This document shows, one piece after another, positions 10,501 to 22,500 of a stretch of 35,450 nucleotides of DNA. The notes below the pieces were generated by a model that did not search any database, was not told where the DNA came from, and saw only the letters and a list, made by a program, of their open reading frames with translations. How positions within the stretch are numbered: the stretch's first letter is position 1; each line of letters opens with the position of its first letter. Position numbers and translations under genes: made by a program. Source of the DNA: Naegleria gruberi (taxonomy: Eukaryota); assembly GCA_000004985.1 (NCBI GenBank), contig GG739040.1. The stretch is one strand, 5' to 3'.

Positions 10501-13500
10501 NNNNNNNNNNNNNNNNNNNNNNNNNNNNNNNNNNNNNNNNNNNNNNNNNNNNNNNNNNNNNNNNNNNNNNNNNNNNNNNNNNNNNNNNNNNNNNNNNNNN
10601 NNNNNNNNNNNNNNNNNNNNNNNNNNNNNNNNNNNNNNNNNNNNNNNNNNNNNNNNNNNNNNNNNNNNNNNNNNNNNNNNNNNNNNNNNNNNNNNNNNNN
10701 NNNNNNNNNNNNNNNNNNNNNNNNNNNNNNNNNNNNNNNNNNNNNNNNNNNNNNNNNNNNNNNNNNNNNNNNNNNNNNNNNNNNNNNNNNNNNNNNNNNN
10801 NNNNNNNNNNNNNNNNNNNNNNNNNNNNNNNNNNNNNNNNNNNNNNNNNNNNNNNNNNNNNNNNNNNNNNNNNNNNNNNNNNNNNNNNNNNNNNNNNNNN
10901 NNNNNNNNNNNNNNNNNNNNNNNNNNNNNNNNNNNNNNNNNNNNNNNNNNNNNNNNNNNNNNNNNNNNNNNNNNNNNNNNNNNNNNNNNNNNNNNNNNNN
11001 NNNNNNNNNNNNNNNNNNNNNNNNNNNNNNNNNNNNNNNNNNNNNNNNNNNNNNNNNNNNNNNNNNNNNNNNNNNNNNNNNNNNNNNNNNNNNNNNNNNN
11101 NNNNNNNNNNNNNNNNNNNNNNNNNNNNNNNNNNNNNNNNNNNNNNNNNNNNNNNNNNNNNNNNNNNNNNNNNNNNNNNNNNNNNNNNNNNNNNNNNNNN
11201 NNNNNNNNNNNNNNNNNNNNNNNNNNNNNNNNNNNNNNNNNNNNNNNNNNNNNNNNNNNNNNNNNNNNNNNNNNNNNNNNNNNNNNNNNNNNNNNNNNNN
11301 NNNNNNNNNNNNNNNNNNNNNNNNNNNNNNNNNNNNNNNNNNNNNNNNNNNNNNNNNNNNNNNNNNNNNNNNNNNNNNNNNNNNNNNNNNNNNNNNNNNN
11401 NNNNNNNNNNNNNNNNNNNNNNNNNNNNNNNNNNNNNNNNNNNNNNNNNNNNNNNNNNNNNNNNNNNNNNNNNNNNNNNNNNNNNNNNNNNNNNNNNNNN
11501 NNNNNNNNNNNNNNNNNNNNNNNNNNNNNNNNNNNNNNNNNNNNNNNNNNNNNNNNNNNNNNNNNNNNNNNNNNNNNNNNNNNNNNNNNNNNNNNNNNNN
11601 NNNNNNNNNNNNNNNNNNNNNNNNNNNNNNNNNNNNNNNNNNNNNNNNNNNNNNNNNNNNNNNNNNNNNNNNNNNNNNNNNNNNNNNNNNNNNNNNNNNN
11701 NNNNNNNNNNNNNNNNNNNNNNNNNNNNNNNNNNNNNNNNNNNNNNNNNNNNNNNNNNNNNNNNNNNNNNNNNNNNNNNNNNNNNNNNNNNNNNNNNNNN
11801 NNNNNNNNNNNNNNNNNNNNNNNNNNNNNNNNNNNNNNNNNNNNNNNNNNNNNNNNNNNNNNNNNNNNNNNNNNNNNNNNNNNNNNNNNNNNNNNNNNNN
11901 NNNNNNNNNNNNNNNNNNNNNNNNNNNNNNNNNNNNNNNNNNNNNNNNNNNNNNNNNNNNNNNNNNNNNNNNNNNNNNNNNNNNNNNNNNNNNNNNNNNN
12001 NNNNNNNNNNNNNNNNNNNNNNNNNNNNNNNNNNNNNNNNNNNNNNNNNNNNNNNNNNNNNNNNNNNNNNNNNNNNNNNNNNNNNNNNNNNNNNNNNNNN
12101 NNNNNNNNNNNNNNNNNNNNNNNNNNNNNNNNNNNNNNNNNNNNNNNNNNNNNNNNNNNNNNNNNNNNNNNNNNNNNNNNNNNNNNNNNNNNNNNNNNNN
12201 NNNNNNNNNNNNNNNNNNNNNNNNNNNNNNNNNNNNNNNNNNNNNNNNNNNNNNNNNNNNNNNNNNNNNNNNNNNNNNNNNNNNNNNNNNNNNNNNNNNN
12301 NNNNNNNNNNNNNNNNNNNNNNNNNNNNNNNNNNNNNNNNNNNNNNNNNNNNNNNNNNNNNNNNNNNNNNNNNNNNNNNNNNNNNNNNNNNNNNNNNNNN
12401 NNNNNNNNNNNNNNNNNNNNNNNNNNNNNNNNNNNNNNNNNNNNNNNNNNNNNNNNNNNNNNNNNNNNNNNNNNNNNNNNNNNNNNNNNNNNNNNNNNNN
12501 NNNNNNNNNNNNNNNNNNNNNNNNNNNNNNNNNNNNNNNNNNNNNNNNNNNNNNNNNNNNNNNNNNNNNNNNNNNNNNNNNNNNNNNNNNNNNNNNNNNN
12601 NNNNNNNNNNNNNNNNNNNNNNNNNNNNNNNNNNNNNNNNNNNNNNNNNNNNNNNNNNNNNNNNNNNNNNNNNNNNNNNNNNNNNNNNNNNNNNNNNNNN
12701 NNNNNNNNNNNNNNNNNNNNNNNNNNNNNNNNNNNNNNNNNNNNNNNNNNNNNNNNNNNNNNNNNNNNNNNNNNNNNNNNNNNNNNNNNNNNNNNNNNNN
12801 NNNNNNNNNNNNNNNNNNNNNNNNNNNNNNNNNNNNNNNNNNNNNNNNNNNNNNNNNNNNNNNNNNNNNNNNNNNNNNNNNNNNNNNNNNNNNNNNNNNN
12901 NNNNNNNNNNNNNNNNNNNNNNNNNNNNNNNNNNNNNNNNNNNNNNNNNNNNNNNNNNNNNNNNNNNNNNNNNNNNNNNNNNNNNNNNNNNNNNNNNNNN
13001 NNNNNNNNNNNNNNNNNNNNNNNNNNNNNNNNNNNNNNNNNNNNNNNNNNNNNNNNNNNNNNNNNNNNNNNNNNNNNNNNNNNNNNNNNNNNNNNNNNNN
13101 NNNNNNNNNNNNNNNNNNNNNNNNNNNNNNNNNNNNNNNNNNNNNNNNNNNNNNNNNNNNNNNNNNNNNNNNNNNNNNNNNNNNNNNNNNNNNNNNNNNN
13201 NNNNNNNNNNNNNNNNNNNNNNNNNNNNNNNNNNNNNNNNNNNNNNNNNNNNNNNNNNNNNNNNNNNNNNNNNNNNNNNNNNNNNNNNNNNNNNNNNNNN
13301 NNNNNNNNNNNNNNNNNNNNNNNNNNNNNNNNNNNNNNNNNNNNNNNNNNNNNNNNNNNNNNNNNNNNNNNNNNNNNNNNNNNNNNNNNNNNNNNNNNNN
13401 NNNNNNNNNNNNNNNNNNNNNNNNNNNNNNNNNNNNNNNNNNNNNNNNNNNNNNNNNNNNNNNNNNNNNNNNNNNNNNNNNNNNNNNNNNNNNNNNNNNN

Positions 13501-16500
13501 NNNNNNNNNNNNNNNNNNNNNNNNNNNNNNNNNNNNNNNNNNNNNNNNNNNNNNNNNNNNNNNNNNNNNNNNNNNNNNNNNNNNNNNNNNNNNNNNNNNN
13601 NNNNNNNNNNNNNNNNNNNNNNNNNNNNNNNNNNNNNNNNNNNNNNNNNNNNNNNNNNNNNNNNNNNNNNNNNNNNNNNNNNNNNNNNNNNNNNNNNNNN
13701 NNNNNNNNNNNNNNNNNNNNNNNNNNNNNNNNNNNNNNNNNNNNNNNNNNNNNNNNNNNNNNNNNNNNNNNNNNNNNNNNNNNNNNNNNNNNNNNNNNNN
13801 NNNNNNNNNNNNNNNNNNNNNNNNNNNNNNNNNNNNNNNNNNNNNNNNNNNNNNNNNNNNNNNNNNNNNNNNNNNNNNNNNNNNNNNNNNNNNNNNNNNN
13901 NNNNNNNNNNNNNNNNNNNNNNNNNNNNNNNNNNNNNNNNNNNNNNNNNNNNNNNNNNNNNNNNNNNNNNNNNNNNNNNNNNNNNNNNNNNNNNNNNNNN
14001 NNNNNNNNNNNNNNNNNNNNNNNNNNNNNNNNNNNNNNNNNNNNNNNNNNNNNNNNNNNNNNNNNNNNNNNNNNNNNNNNNNNNNNNNNNNNNNNNNNNN
14101 NNNNNNNNNNNNNNNNNNNNNNNNNNNNNNNNNNNNNNNNNNNNNNNNNNNNNNNNNNNNNNNNNNNNNNNNNNNNNNNNNNNNNNNNNNNNNNNNNNNN
14201 NNNNNNNNNNNNNNNNNNNNNNNNNNNNNNNNNNNNNNNNNNNNNNNNNNNNNNNNNNNNNNNNNNNNNNNNNNNNNNNNNNNNNNNNNNNNNNNNNNNN
14301 NNNNNNNNNNNNNNNNNNNNNNNNNNNNNNNNNNNNNNNNNNNNNNNNNNNNNNNNNNNNNNNNNNNNNNNNNNNNNNNNNNNNNNNNNNNNNNNNNNNN
14401 NNNNNNNNNNNNNNNNNNNNNNNNNNNNNNNNNNNNNNNNNNNNNNNNNNNNNNNNNNNNNNNNNNNNNNNNNNNNNNNNNNNNNNNNNNNNNNNNNNNN
14501 NNNNNNNNNNNNNNNNNNNNNNNNNNNNNNNNNNNNNNNNNNNNNNNNNNNNNNNNNNNNNNNNNNNNNNNNNNNNNNNNNNNNNNNNNNNNNNNNNNNN
14601 NNNNNNNNNNNNNNNNNNNNNNNNNNNNNNNNNNNNNNNNNNNNNNNNNNNNNNNNNNNNNNNNNNNNNNNNNNNNNNNNNNNNNNNNNNNNNNNNNNNN
14701 NNNNNNNNNNNNNNNNNNNNNNNNNNNNNNNNNNNNNNNNNNNNNNNNNNNNNNNNNNNNNNNNNNNNNNNNNNNNNNNNNNNNNNNNNNNNNNNNNNNN
14801 NNNNNNNNNNNNNNNNNNNNNNNNNNNNNNNNNNNNNNNNNNNNNNNNNNNNNNNNNNNNNNNNNNNNNNNNNNNNNNNNNNNNNNNNNNNNNNNNNNNN
14901 NNNNNNNNNNNNNNNNNNNNNNNNNNNNNNNNNNNNNNNNNNNNNNNNNNNNNNNNNNNNNNNNNNNNNNNNNNNNNNNNNNNNNNNNNNNNNNNNNNNN
15001 NNNNNNNNNNNNNNNNNNNNNNNNNNNNNNNNNNNNNNNNNNNNNNNNNNNNNNNNNNNNNNNNNNNNNNNNNNNNNNNNNNNNNNNNNNNNNNNNNNNN
15101 NNNNNNNNNNNNNNNNNNNNNNNNNNNNNNNNNNNNNNNNNNNNNNNNNNNNNNNNNNNNNNNNNNNNNNNNNNNNNNNNNNNNNNNNNNNNNNNNNNNN
15201 NNNNNNNNNNNNNNNNNNNNNNNNNNNNNNNNNNNNNNNNNNNNNNNNNNNNNNNNNNNNNNNNNNNNNNNNNNNNNNNNNNNNNNNNNNNNNNNNNNNN
15301 NNNNNNNNNNNNNNNNNNNNNNNNNNNNNNNNNNNNNNNNNNNNNNNNNNNNNNNNNNNNNNNNNNNNNNNNNNNNNNNNNNNNNNNNNNNNNNNNNNNN
15401 NNNNNNNNNNNNNNNNNNNNNNNNNNNNNNNNNNNNNNNNNNNNNNNNNNNNNNNNNNNNNNNNNNNNNNNNNNNNNNNNNNNNNNNNNNNNNNNNNNNN
15501 NNNNNNNNNNNNNNNNNNNNNNNNNNNNNNNNNNNNNNNNNNNNNNNNNNNNNNNNNNNNNNNNNNNNNNNNNNNNNNNNNNNNNNNNNNNNNNNNNNNN
15601 NNNNNNNNNNNNNNNNNNNNNNNNNNNNNNNNNNNNNNNNNNNNNNNNNNNNNNNNNNNNNNNNNNNNNNNNNNNNNNNNNNNNNNNNNNNNNNNNNNNN
15701 NNNNNNNNNNNNNNNNNNNNNNNNNNNNNNNNNNNNNNNNNNNNNNNNNNNNNNNNNNNNNNNNNNNNNNNNNNNNNNNNNNNNNNNNNNNNNNNNNNNN
15801 NNNNNNNNNNNNNNNNNNNNNNNNNNNNNNNNNNNNNNNNNNNNNNNNNNNNNNNNNNNNNNNNNNNNNNNNNNNNNNNNNNNNNNNNNNNNNNNNNNNN
15901 NNNNNNNNNNNNNNNNNNNNNNNNNNNNNNNNNNNNNNNNNNNNNNNNNNNNNNNNNNNNNNNNNNNNNNNNNNNNNNNNNNNNNNNNNNNNNNNNNNNN
16001 NNNNNNNNNNNNNNNNNNNNNNNNNNNNNNNNNNNNNNNNNNNNNNNNNNNNNNNNNNNNNNNNNNNNNNNNNNNNNNNNNNNNNNNNNNNNNNNNNNNN
16101 NNNNNNNNNNNNNNNNNNNNNNNNNNNNNNNNNNNNNNNNNNNNNNNNNNNNNNNNNNNNNNNNNNNNNNNNNNNNNNNNNNNNNNNNNNNNNNNNNNNN
16201 NNNNNNNNNNNNNNNNNNNNNNNNNNNNNNNNNNNNNNNNNNNNNNNNNNNNNNNNNNNNNNNNNNNNNNNNNNNNNNNNNNNNNNNNNNNNNNNNNNNN
16301 NNNNNNNNNNNNNNNNNNNNNNNNNNNNNNNNNNNNNNNNNNNNNNNNNNNNNNNNNNNNNNNNNNNNNNNNNNNNNNNNNNNNNNNNNNNNNNNNNNNN
16401 NNNNNNNNNNNNNNNNNNNNNNNNNNNNNNNNNNNNNNNNNNNNNNNNNNNNNNNNNNNNNNNNNNNNNNNNNNNNNNNNNNNNNNNNNNNNNNNNNNNN

Positions 16501-19500
16501 NNNNNNNNNNNNNNNNNNNNNNNNNNNNNNNNNNNNNNNNNNNNNNNNNNNNNNNNNNNNNNNNNNNNNNNNNNNNNNNNNNNNNNNNNNNNNNNNNNNN
16601 NNNNNNNNNNNNNNNNNNNNNNNNNNNNNNNNNNNNNNNNNNNNNNNNNNNNNNNNNNNNNNNNNNNNNNNNNNNNNNNNNNNNNNNNNNNNNNNNNNNN
16701 NNNNNNNNNNNNNNNNNNNNNNNNNNNNNNNNNNNNNNNNNNNNNNNNNNNNNNNNNNNNNNNNNNNNNNNNNNNNNNNNNNNNNNNNNNNNNNNNNNNN
16801 NNNNNNNNNNNNNNNNNNNNNNNNNNNNNNNNNNNNNNNNNNNNNNNNNNNNNNNNNNNNNNNNNNNNNNNNNNNNNNNNNNNNNNNNNNNNNNNNNNNN
16901 NNNNNNNNNNNNNNNNNNNNNNNNNNNNNNNNNNNNNNNNNNNNNNNNNNNNNNNNNNNNNNNNNNNNNNNNNNNNNNNNNNNNNNNNNNNNNNNNNNNN
17001 NNNNNNNNNNNNNNNNNNNNNNNNNNNNNNNNNNNNNNNNNNNNNNNNNNNNNNNNNNNNNNNNNNNNNNNNNNNNNNNNNNNNNNNNNNNNNNNNNNNN
17101 NNNNNNNNNNNNNNNNNNNNNNNNNNNNNNNNNNNNNNNNNNNNNNNNNNNNNNNNNNNNNNNNNNNNNNNNNNNNNNNNNNNNNNNNNNNNNNNNNNNN
17201 NNNNNNNNNNNNNNNNNNNNNNNNNNNNNNNNNNNNNNNNNNNNNNNNNNNNNNNNNNNNNNNNNNNNNNNNNNNNNNNNNNNNNNNNNNNNNNNNNNNN
17301 NNNNNNNNNNNNNNNNNNNNNNNNNNNNNNNNNNNNNNNNNNNNNNNNNNNNNNNNNNNNNNNNNNNNNNNNNNNNNNNNNNNNNNNNNNNNNNNNNNNN
17401 NNNNNNNNNNNNNNNNNNNNNNNNNNNNNNNNNNNNNNNNNNNNNNNNNNNNNNNNNNNNNNNNNNNNNNNNNNNNNNNNNNNNNNNNNNNNNNNNNNNN
17501 NNNNNNNNNNNNNNNNNNNNNNNNNNNNNNNNNNNNNNNNNNNNNNNNNNNNNNNNNNNNNNNNNNNNNNNNNNNNNNNNNNNNNNNNNNNNNNNNNNNN
17601 NNNNNNNNNNNNNNNNNNNNNNNNNNNNNNNNNNNNNNNNNNNNNNNNNNNNNNNNNNNNNNNNNNNNNNNNNNNNNNNNNNNNNNNNNNNNNNNNNNNN
17701 NNNNNNNNNNNNNNNNNNNNNNNNNNNNNNNNNNNNNNNNNNNNNNNNNNNNNNNNNNNNNNNNNNNNNNNNNNNNNNNNNNNNNNNNNNNNNNNNNNNN
17801 NNNNNNNNNNNNNNNNNNNNNNNNNNNNNNNNNNNNNNNNNNNNNNNNNNNNNNNNNNNNNNNNNNNNNNNNNNNNNNNNNNNNNNNNNNNNNNNNNNNN
17901 NNNNNNNNNNNNNNNNNNNNNNNNNNNNNNNNNNNNNNNNNNNNNNNNNNNNNNNNNNNNNNNNNNNNNNNNNNNNNNNNNNNNNNNNNNNNNNNNNNNN
18001 NNNNNNNNNNNNNNNNNNNNNNNNNNNNNNNNNNNNNNNNNNNNNNNNNNNNNNNNNNNNNNNNNNNNNNNNNNNNNNNNNNNNNNNNNNNNNNNNNNNN
18101 NNNNNNNNNNNNNNNNNNNNNNNNNNNNNNNNNNNNNNNNNNNNNNNNNNNNNNNNNNNNNNNNNNNNNNNNNNNNNNNNNNNNNNNNNNNNNNNNNNNN
18201 NNNNNNNNNNNNNNNNNNNNNNNNNNNNNNNNNNNNNNNNNNNNNNNNNNNNNNNNNNNNNNNNNNNNNNNNNNNNNNNNNNNNNNNNNNNNNNNNNNNN
18301 NNNNNNNNNNNNNNNNNNNNNNNNNNNNNNNNNNNNNNNNNNNNNNNNNNNNNNNNNNNNNNNNNNNNNNNNNNNNNNNNNNNNNNNNNNNNNNNNNNNN
18401 NNNNNNNNNNNNNNNNNNNNNNNNNNNNNNNNNNNNNNNNNNNNNNNNNNNNNNNNNNNNNNNNNNNNNNNNNNNNNNNNNNNNNNNNNNNNNNNNNNNN
18501 NNNNNNNNNNNNNNNNNNNNNNNNNNNNNNNNNNNNNNNNNNNNNNNNNNNNNNNNNNNNNNNNNNNNNNNNNNNNNNNNNNNNNNNNNNNNNNNNNNNN
18601 NNNNNNNNNNNNNNNNNNNNNNNNNNNNNNNNNNNNNNNNNNNNNNNNNNNNNNNNNNNNNNNNNNNNNNNNNNNNNNNNNNNNNNNNNNNNNNNNNNNN
18701 NNNNNNNNNNNNNNNNNNNNNNNNNNNNNNNNNNNNNNNNNNNNNNNNNNNNNNNNNNNNNNNNNNNNNNNNNNNNNNNNNNNNNNNNNNNNNNNNNNNN
18801 NNNNNNNNNNNNNNNNNNNNNNNNNNNNNNNNNNNNNNNNNNNNNNNNNNNNNNNNNNNNNNNNNNNNNNNNNNNNNNNNNNNNNNNNNNNNNNNNNNNN
18901 NNNNNNNNNNNNNNNNNNNNNNNNNNNNNNNNNNNNNNNNNNNNNNNNNNNNNNNNNNNNNNNNNNNNNNNNNNNNNNNNNNNNNNNNNNNNNNNNNNNN
19001 NNNNNNNNNNNNNNNNNNNNNNNNNNNNNNNNNNNNNNNNNNNNNNNNNNNNNNNNNNNNNNNNNNNNNNNNNNNNNNNNNNNNNNNNNNNNNNNNNNNN
19101 NNNNNNNNNNNNNNNNNNNNNNNNNNNNNNNNNNNNNNNNNNNNNNNNNNNNNNNNNNNNNNNNNNNNNNNNNNNNNNNNNNNNNNNNNNNNNNNNNNNN
19201 NNNNNNNNNNNNNNNNNNNNNNNNNNNNNNNNNNNNNNNNNNNNNNNNNNNNNNNNNNNNNNNNNNNNNNNNNNNNNNNNNNNNNNNNNNNNNNNNNNNN
19301 NNNNNNNNNNNNNNNNNNNNNNNNNNNNNNNNNNNNNNNNNNNNNNNNNNNNNNNNNNNNNNNNNNNNNNNNNNNNNNNNNNNNNNNNNNNNNNNNNNNN
19401 NNNNNNNNNNNNNNNNNNNNNNNNNNNNNNNNNNNNNNNNNNNNNNNNNNNNNNNNNNNNNNNNNNNNNNNNNNNNNNNNNNNNNNNNNNNNNNNNNNNN

Positions 19501-22500
19501 NNNNNNNNNNNNNNNNNNNNNNNNNNNNNNNNNNNNNNNNNNNNNNNNNNNNNNNNNNNNNNNNNNNNNNNNNNNNNNNNNNNNNNNNNNNNNNNNNNNN
19601 NNNNNNNNNNNNNNNNNNNNNNNNNNNNNNNNNNNNNNNNNNNNNNNNNNNNNNNNNNNNNNNNNNNNNNNNNNNNNNNNNNNNNNNNNNNNNNNNNNNN
19701 NNNNNNNNNNNNNNNNNNNNNNNNNNNNNNNNNNNNNNNNNNNNNNNNNNNNNNNNNNNNNNNNNNNNNNNNNNNNNNNNNNNNNNNNNNNNNNNNNNNN
19801 NNNNNNNNNNNNNNNNNNNNNNNNNNNNNNNNNNNNNNNNNNNNNNNNNNNNNNNNNNNNNNNNNNNNNNNNNNNNNNNNNNNNNNNNNNNNNNNNNNNN
19901 NNNNNNNNNNNNNNNNNNNNNNNNNNNNNNNNNNNNNNNNNNNNNNNNNNNNNNNNNNNNNNNNNNNNNNNNNNNNNNNNNNNNNNNNNNNNNNNNNNNN
20001 NNNNNNNNNNNNNNNNNNNNNNNNNNNNNNNNNNNNNNNNNNNNNNNNNNNNNNNNNNNNNNNNNNNNNNNNNNNNNNNNNNNNNNNNNNNNNNNNNNNN
20101 NNNNNNNNNNNNNNNNNNNNNNNNNNNNNNNNNNNNNNNNNNNNNNNNNNNNNNNNNNNNNNNNNNNNNNNNNNNNNNNNNNNNNNNNNNNNNNNNNNNN
20201 NNNNNNNNNNNNNNNNNNNNNNNNNNNNNNNNNNNNNNNNNNNNNNNNNNNNNNNNNNNNNNNNNNNNNNNNNNNNNNNNNNNNNNNNNNNNNNNNNNNN
20301 NNNNNNNNNNNNNNNNNNNNNNNNNNNNNNNNNNNNNNNNNNNNNNNNNNNNNNNNNNNNNNNNNNNNNNNNNNNNNNNNNNNNNNNNNNNNNNNNNNNN
20401 NNNNNNNNNNNNNNNNNNNNNNNNNNNNNNNNNNNNNNNNNNNNNNNNNNNNNNNNNNNNNNNNNNNNNNNNNNNNNNNNNNNNNNNNNNNNNNNNNNNN
20501 NNNNNNNNNNNNNNNNNNNNNNNNNNNNNNNNNNNNNNNNNNNNNNNNNNNNNNNNNNNNNNNNNNNNNNNNNNNNNNNNNNNNNNNNNNNNNNNNNNNN
20601 NNNNNNNNNNNNNNNNNNNNNNNNNNNNNNNNNNNNNNNNNNNNNNNNNNNNNNNNNNNNNNNNNNNNNNNNNNNNNNNNNNNNNNNNNNNNNNNNNNNN
20701 NNNNNNNNNNNNNNNNNNNNNNNNNNNNNNNNNNNNNNNNNNNNNNNNNNNNNNNNNNNNNNNNNNNNNNNNNNNNNNNNNNNNNNNNNNNNNNNNNNNN
20801 NNNNNNNNNNNNNNNNNNNNNNNNNNNNNNNNNNNNNNNNNNNNNNNNNNNNNNNNNNNNNNNNNNNNNNNNNNNNNNNNNNNNNNNNNNNNNNNNNNNN
20901 NNNNNNNNNNNNNNNNNNNNNNNNNNNNNNNNNNNNNNNNNNNNNNNNNNNNNNNNNNNNNNNNNNNNNNNNNNNNNNNNNNNNNNNNNNNNNNNNNNNN
21001 NNNNNNNNNNNNNNNNNNNNNNNNNNNNNNNNNNNNNNNNNNNNNNNNNNNNNNNNNNNNNNNNNNNNNNNNNNNNNNNNNNNNNNNNNNNNNNNNNNNN
21101 NNNNNNNNNNNNNNNNNNNNNNNNNNNNNNNNNNNNNNNNNNNNNNNNNNNNNNNNNNNNNNNNNNNNNNNNNNNNNNNNNNNNNNNNNNNNNNNNNNNN
21201 NNNNNNNNNNNNNNNNNNNNNNNNNNNNNNNNNNNNNNNNNNNNNNNNNNNNNNNNNNNNNNNNNNNNNNNNNNNNNNNNNNNNNNNNNNNNNNNNNNNN
21301 NNNNNNNNNNNNNNNNNNNNNNNNNNNNNNNNNNNNNNNNNNNNNNNNNNNNNNNNNNNNNNNNNNNNNNNNNNNNNNNNNNNNNNNNNNNNNNNNNNNN
21401 NNNNNNNNNNNNNNNNNNNNNNNNNNNNNNNNNNNNNNNNNNNNNNNNNNNNNNNNNNNNNNNNNNNNNNNNNNNNNNNNNNNNNNNNNNNNNNNNNNNN
21501 NNNNNNNNNNNNNNNNNNNNNNNNNNNNNNNNNNNNNNNNNNNNNNNNNNNNNNNNNNNNNNNNNNNNNNNNNNNNNNNNNNNNNNNNNNNNNNNNNNNN
21601 NNNNNNNNNNNNNNNNNNNNNNNNNNNNNNNNNNNNNNNNNNNNNNNNNNNNNNNNNNNNNNNNNNNNNNNNNNNNNNNNNNNNNNNNNNNNNNNNNNNN
21701 NNNNNNNNNNNNNNNNNNNNNNNNNNNNNNNNNNNNNNNNNNNNNNNNNNNNNNNNNNNNNNNNNNNNNNNNNNNNNNNNNNNNNNNNNNNNNNNNNNNN
21801 NNNNNNNNNNNNNNNNNNNNNNNNNNNNNNNNNNNNNNNNNNNNNNNNNNNNNNNNNNNNNNNNNNNNNNNNNNNNNNNNNNNNNNNNNNNNNNNNNNNN
21901 NNNNNNNNNNNNNNNNNNNNNNNNNNNNNNNNNNNNNNNNNNNNNNNNNNNNNNNNNNNNNNNNNNNNNNNNNNNNNNNNNNNNNNNNNNNNNNNNNNNN
22001 NNNNNNNNNNNNNNNNNNNNNNNNNNNNNNNNNNNNNNNNNNNNNNNNNNNNNNNNNNNNNNNNNNNNNNNNNNNNNNNNNNNNNNNNNNNNNNNNNNNN
22101 NNNNNNNNNNNNNNNNNNNNNNNNNNNNNNNNNNNNNNNNNNNNNNNNNNNNNNNNNNNNNNNNNNNNNNNNNNNNNNNNNNNNNNNNNNNNNNNNNNNN
22201 NNNNNNNNNNNNNNNNNNNNNNNNNNNNNNNNNNNNNNNNNNNNNNNNNNNNNNNNNNNNNNNNNNNNNNNNNNNNNNNNNNNNNNNNNNNNNNNNNNNN
22301 NNNNNNNNNNNNNNNNNNNNNNNNNNNNNNNNNNNNNNNNNNNNNNNNNNNNNNNNNNNNNNNNNNNNNNNNNNNNNNNNNNNNNNNNNNNNNNNNNNNN
22401 NNNNNNNNNNNNNNNNNNNNNNNNNNNNNNNNNNNNNNNNNNNNNNNNNNNNNNNNNNNNNNNNNNNNNNNNNNNNNNNNNNNNNNNNNNNNNNNNNNNN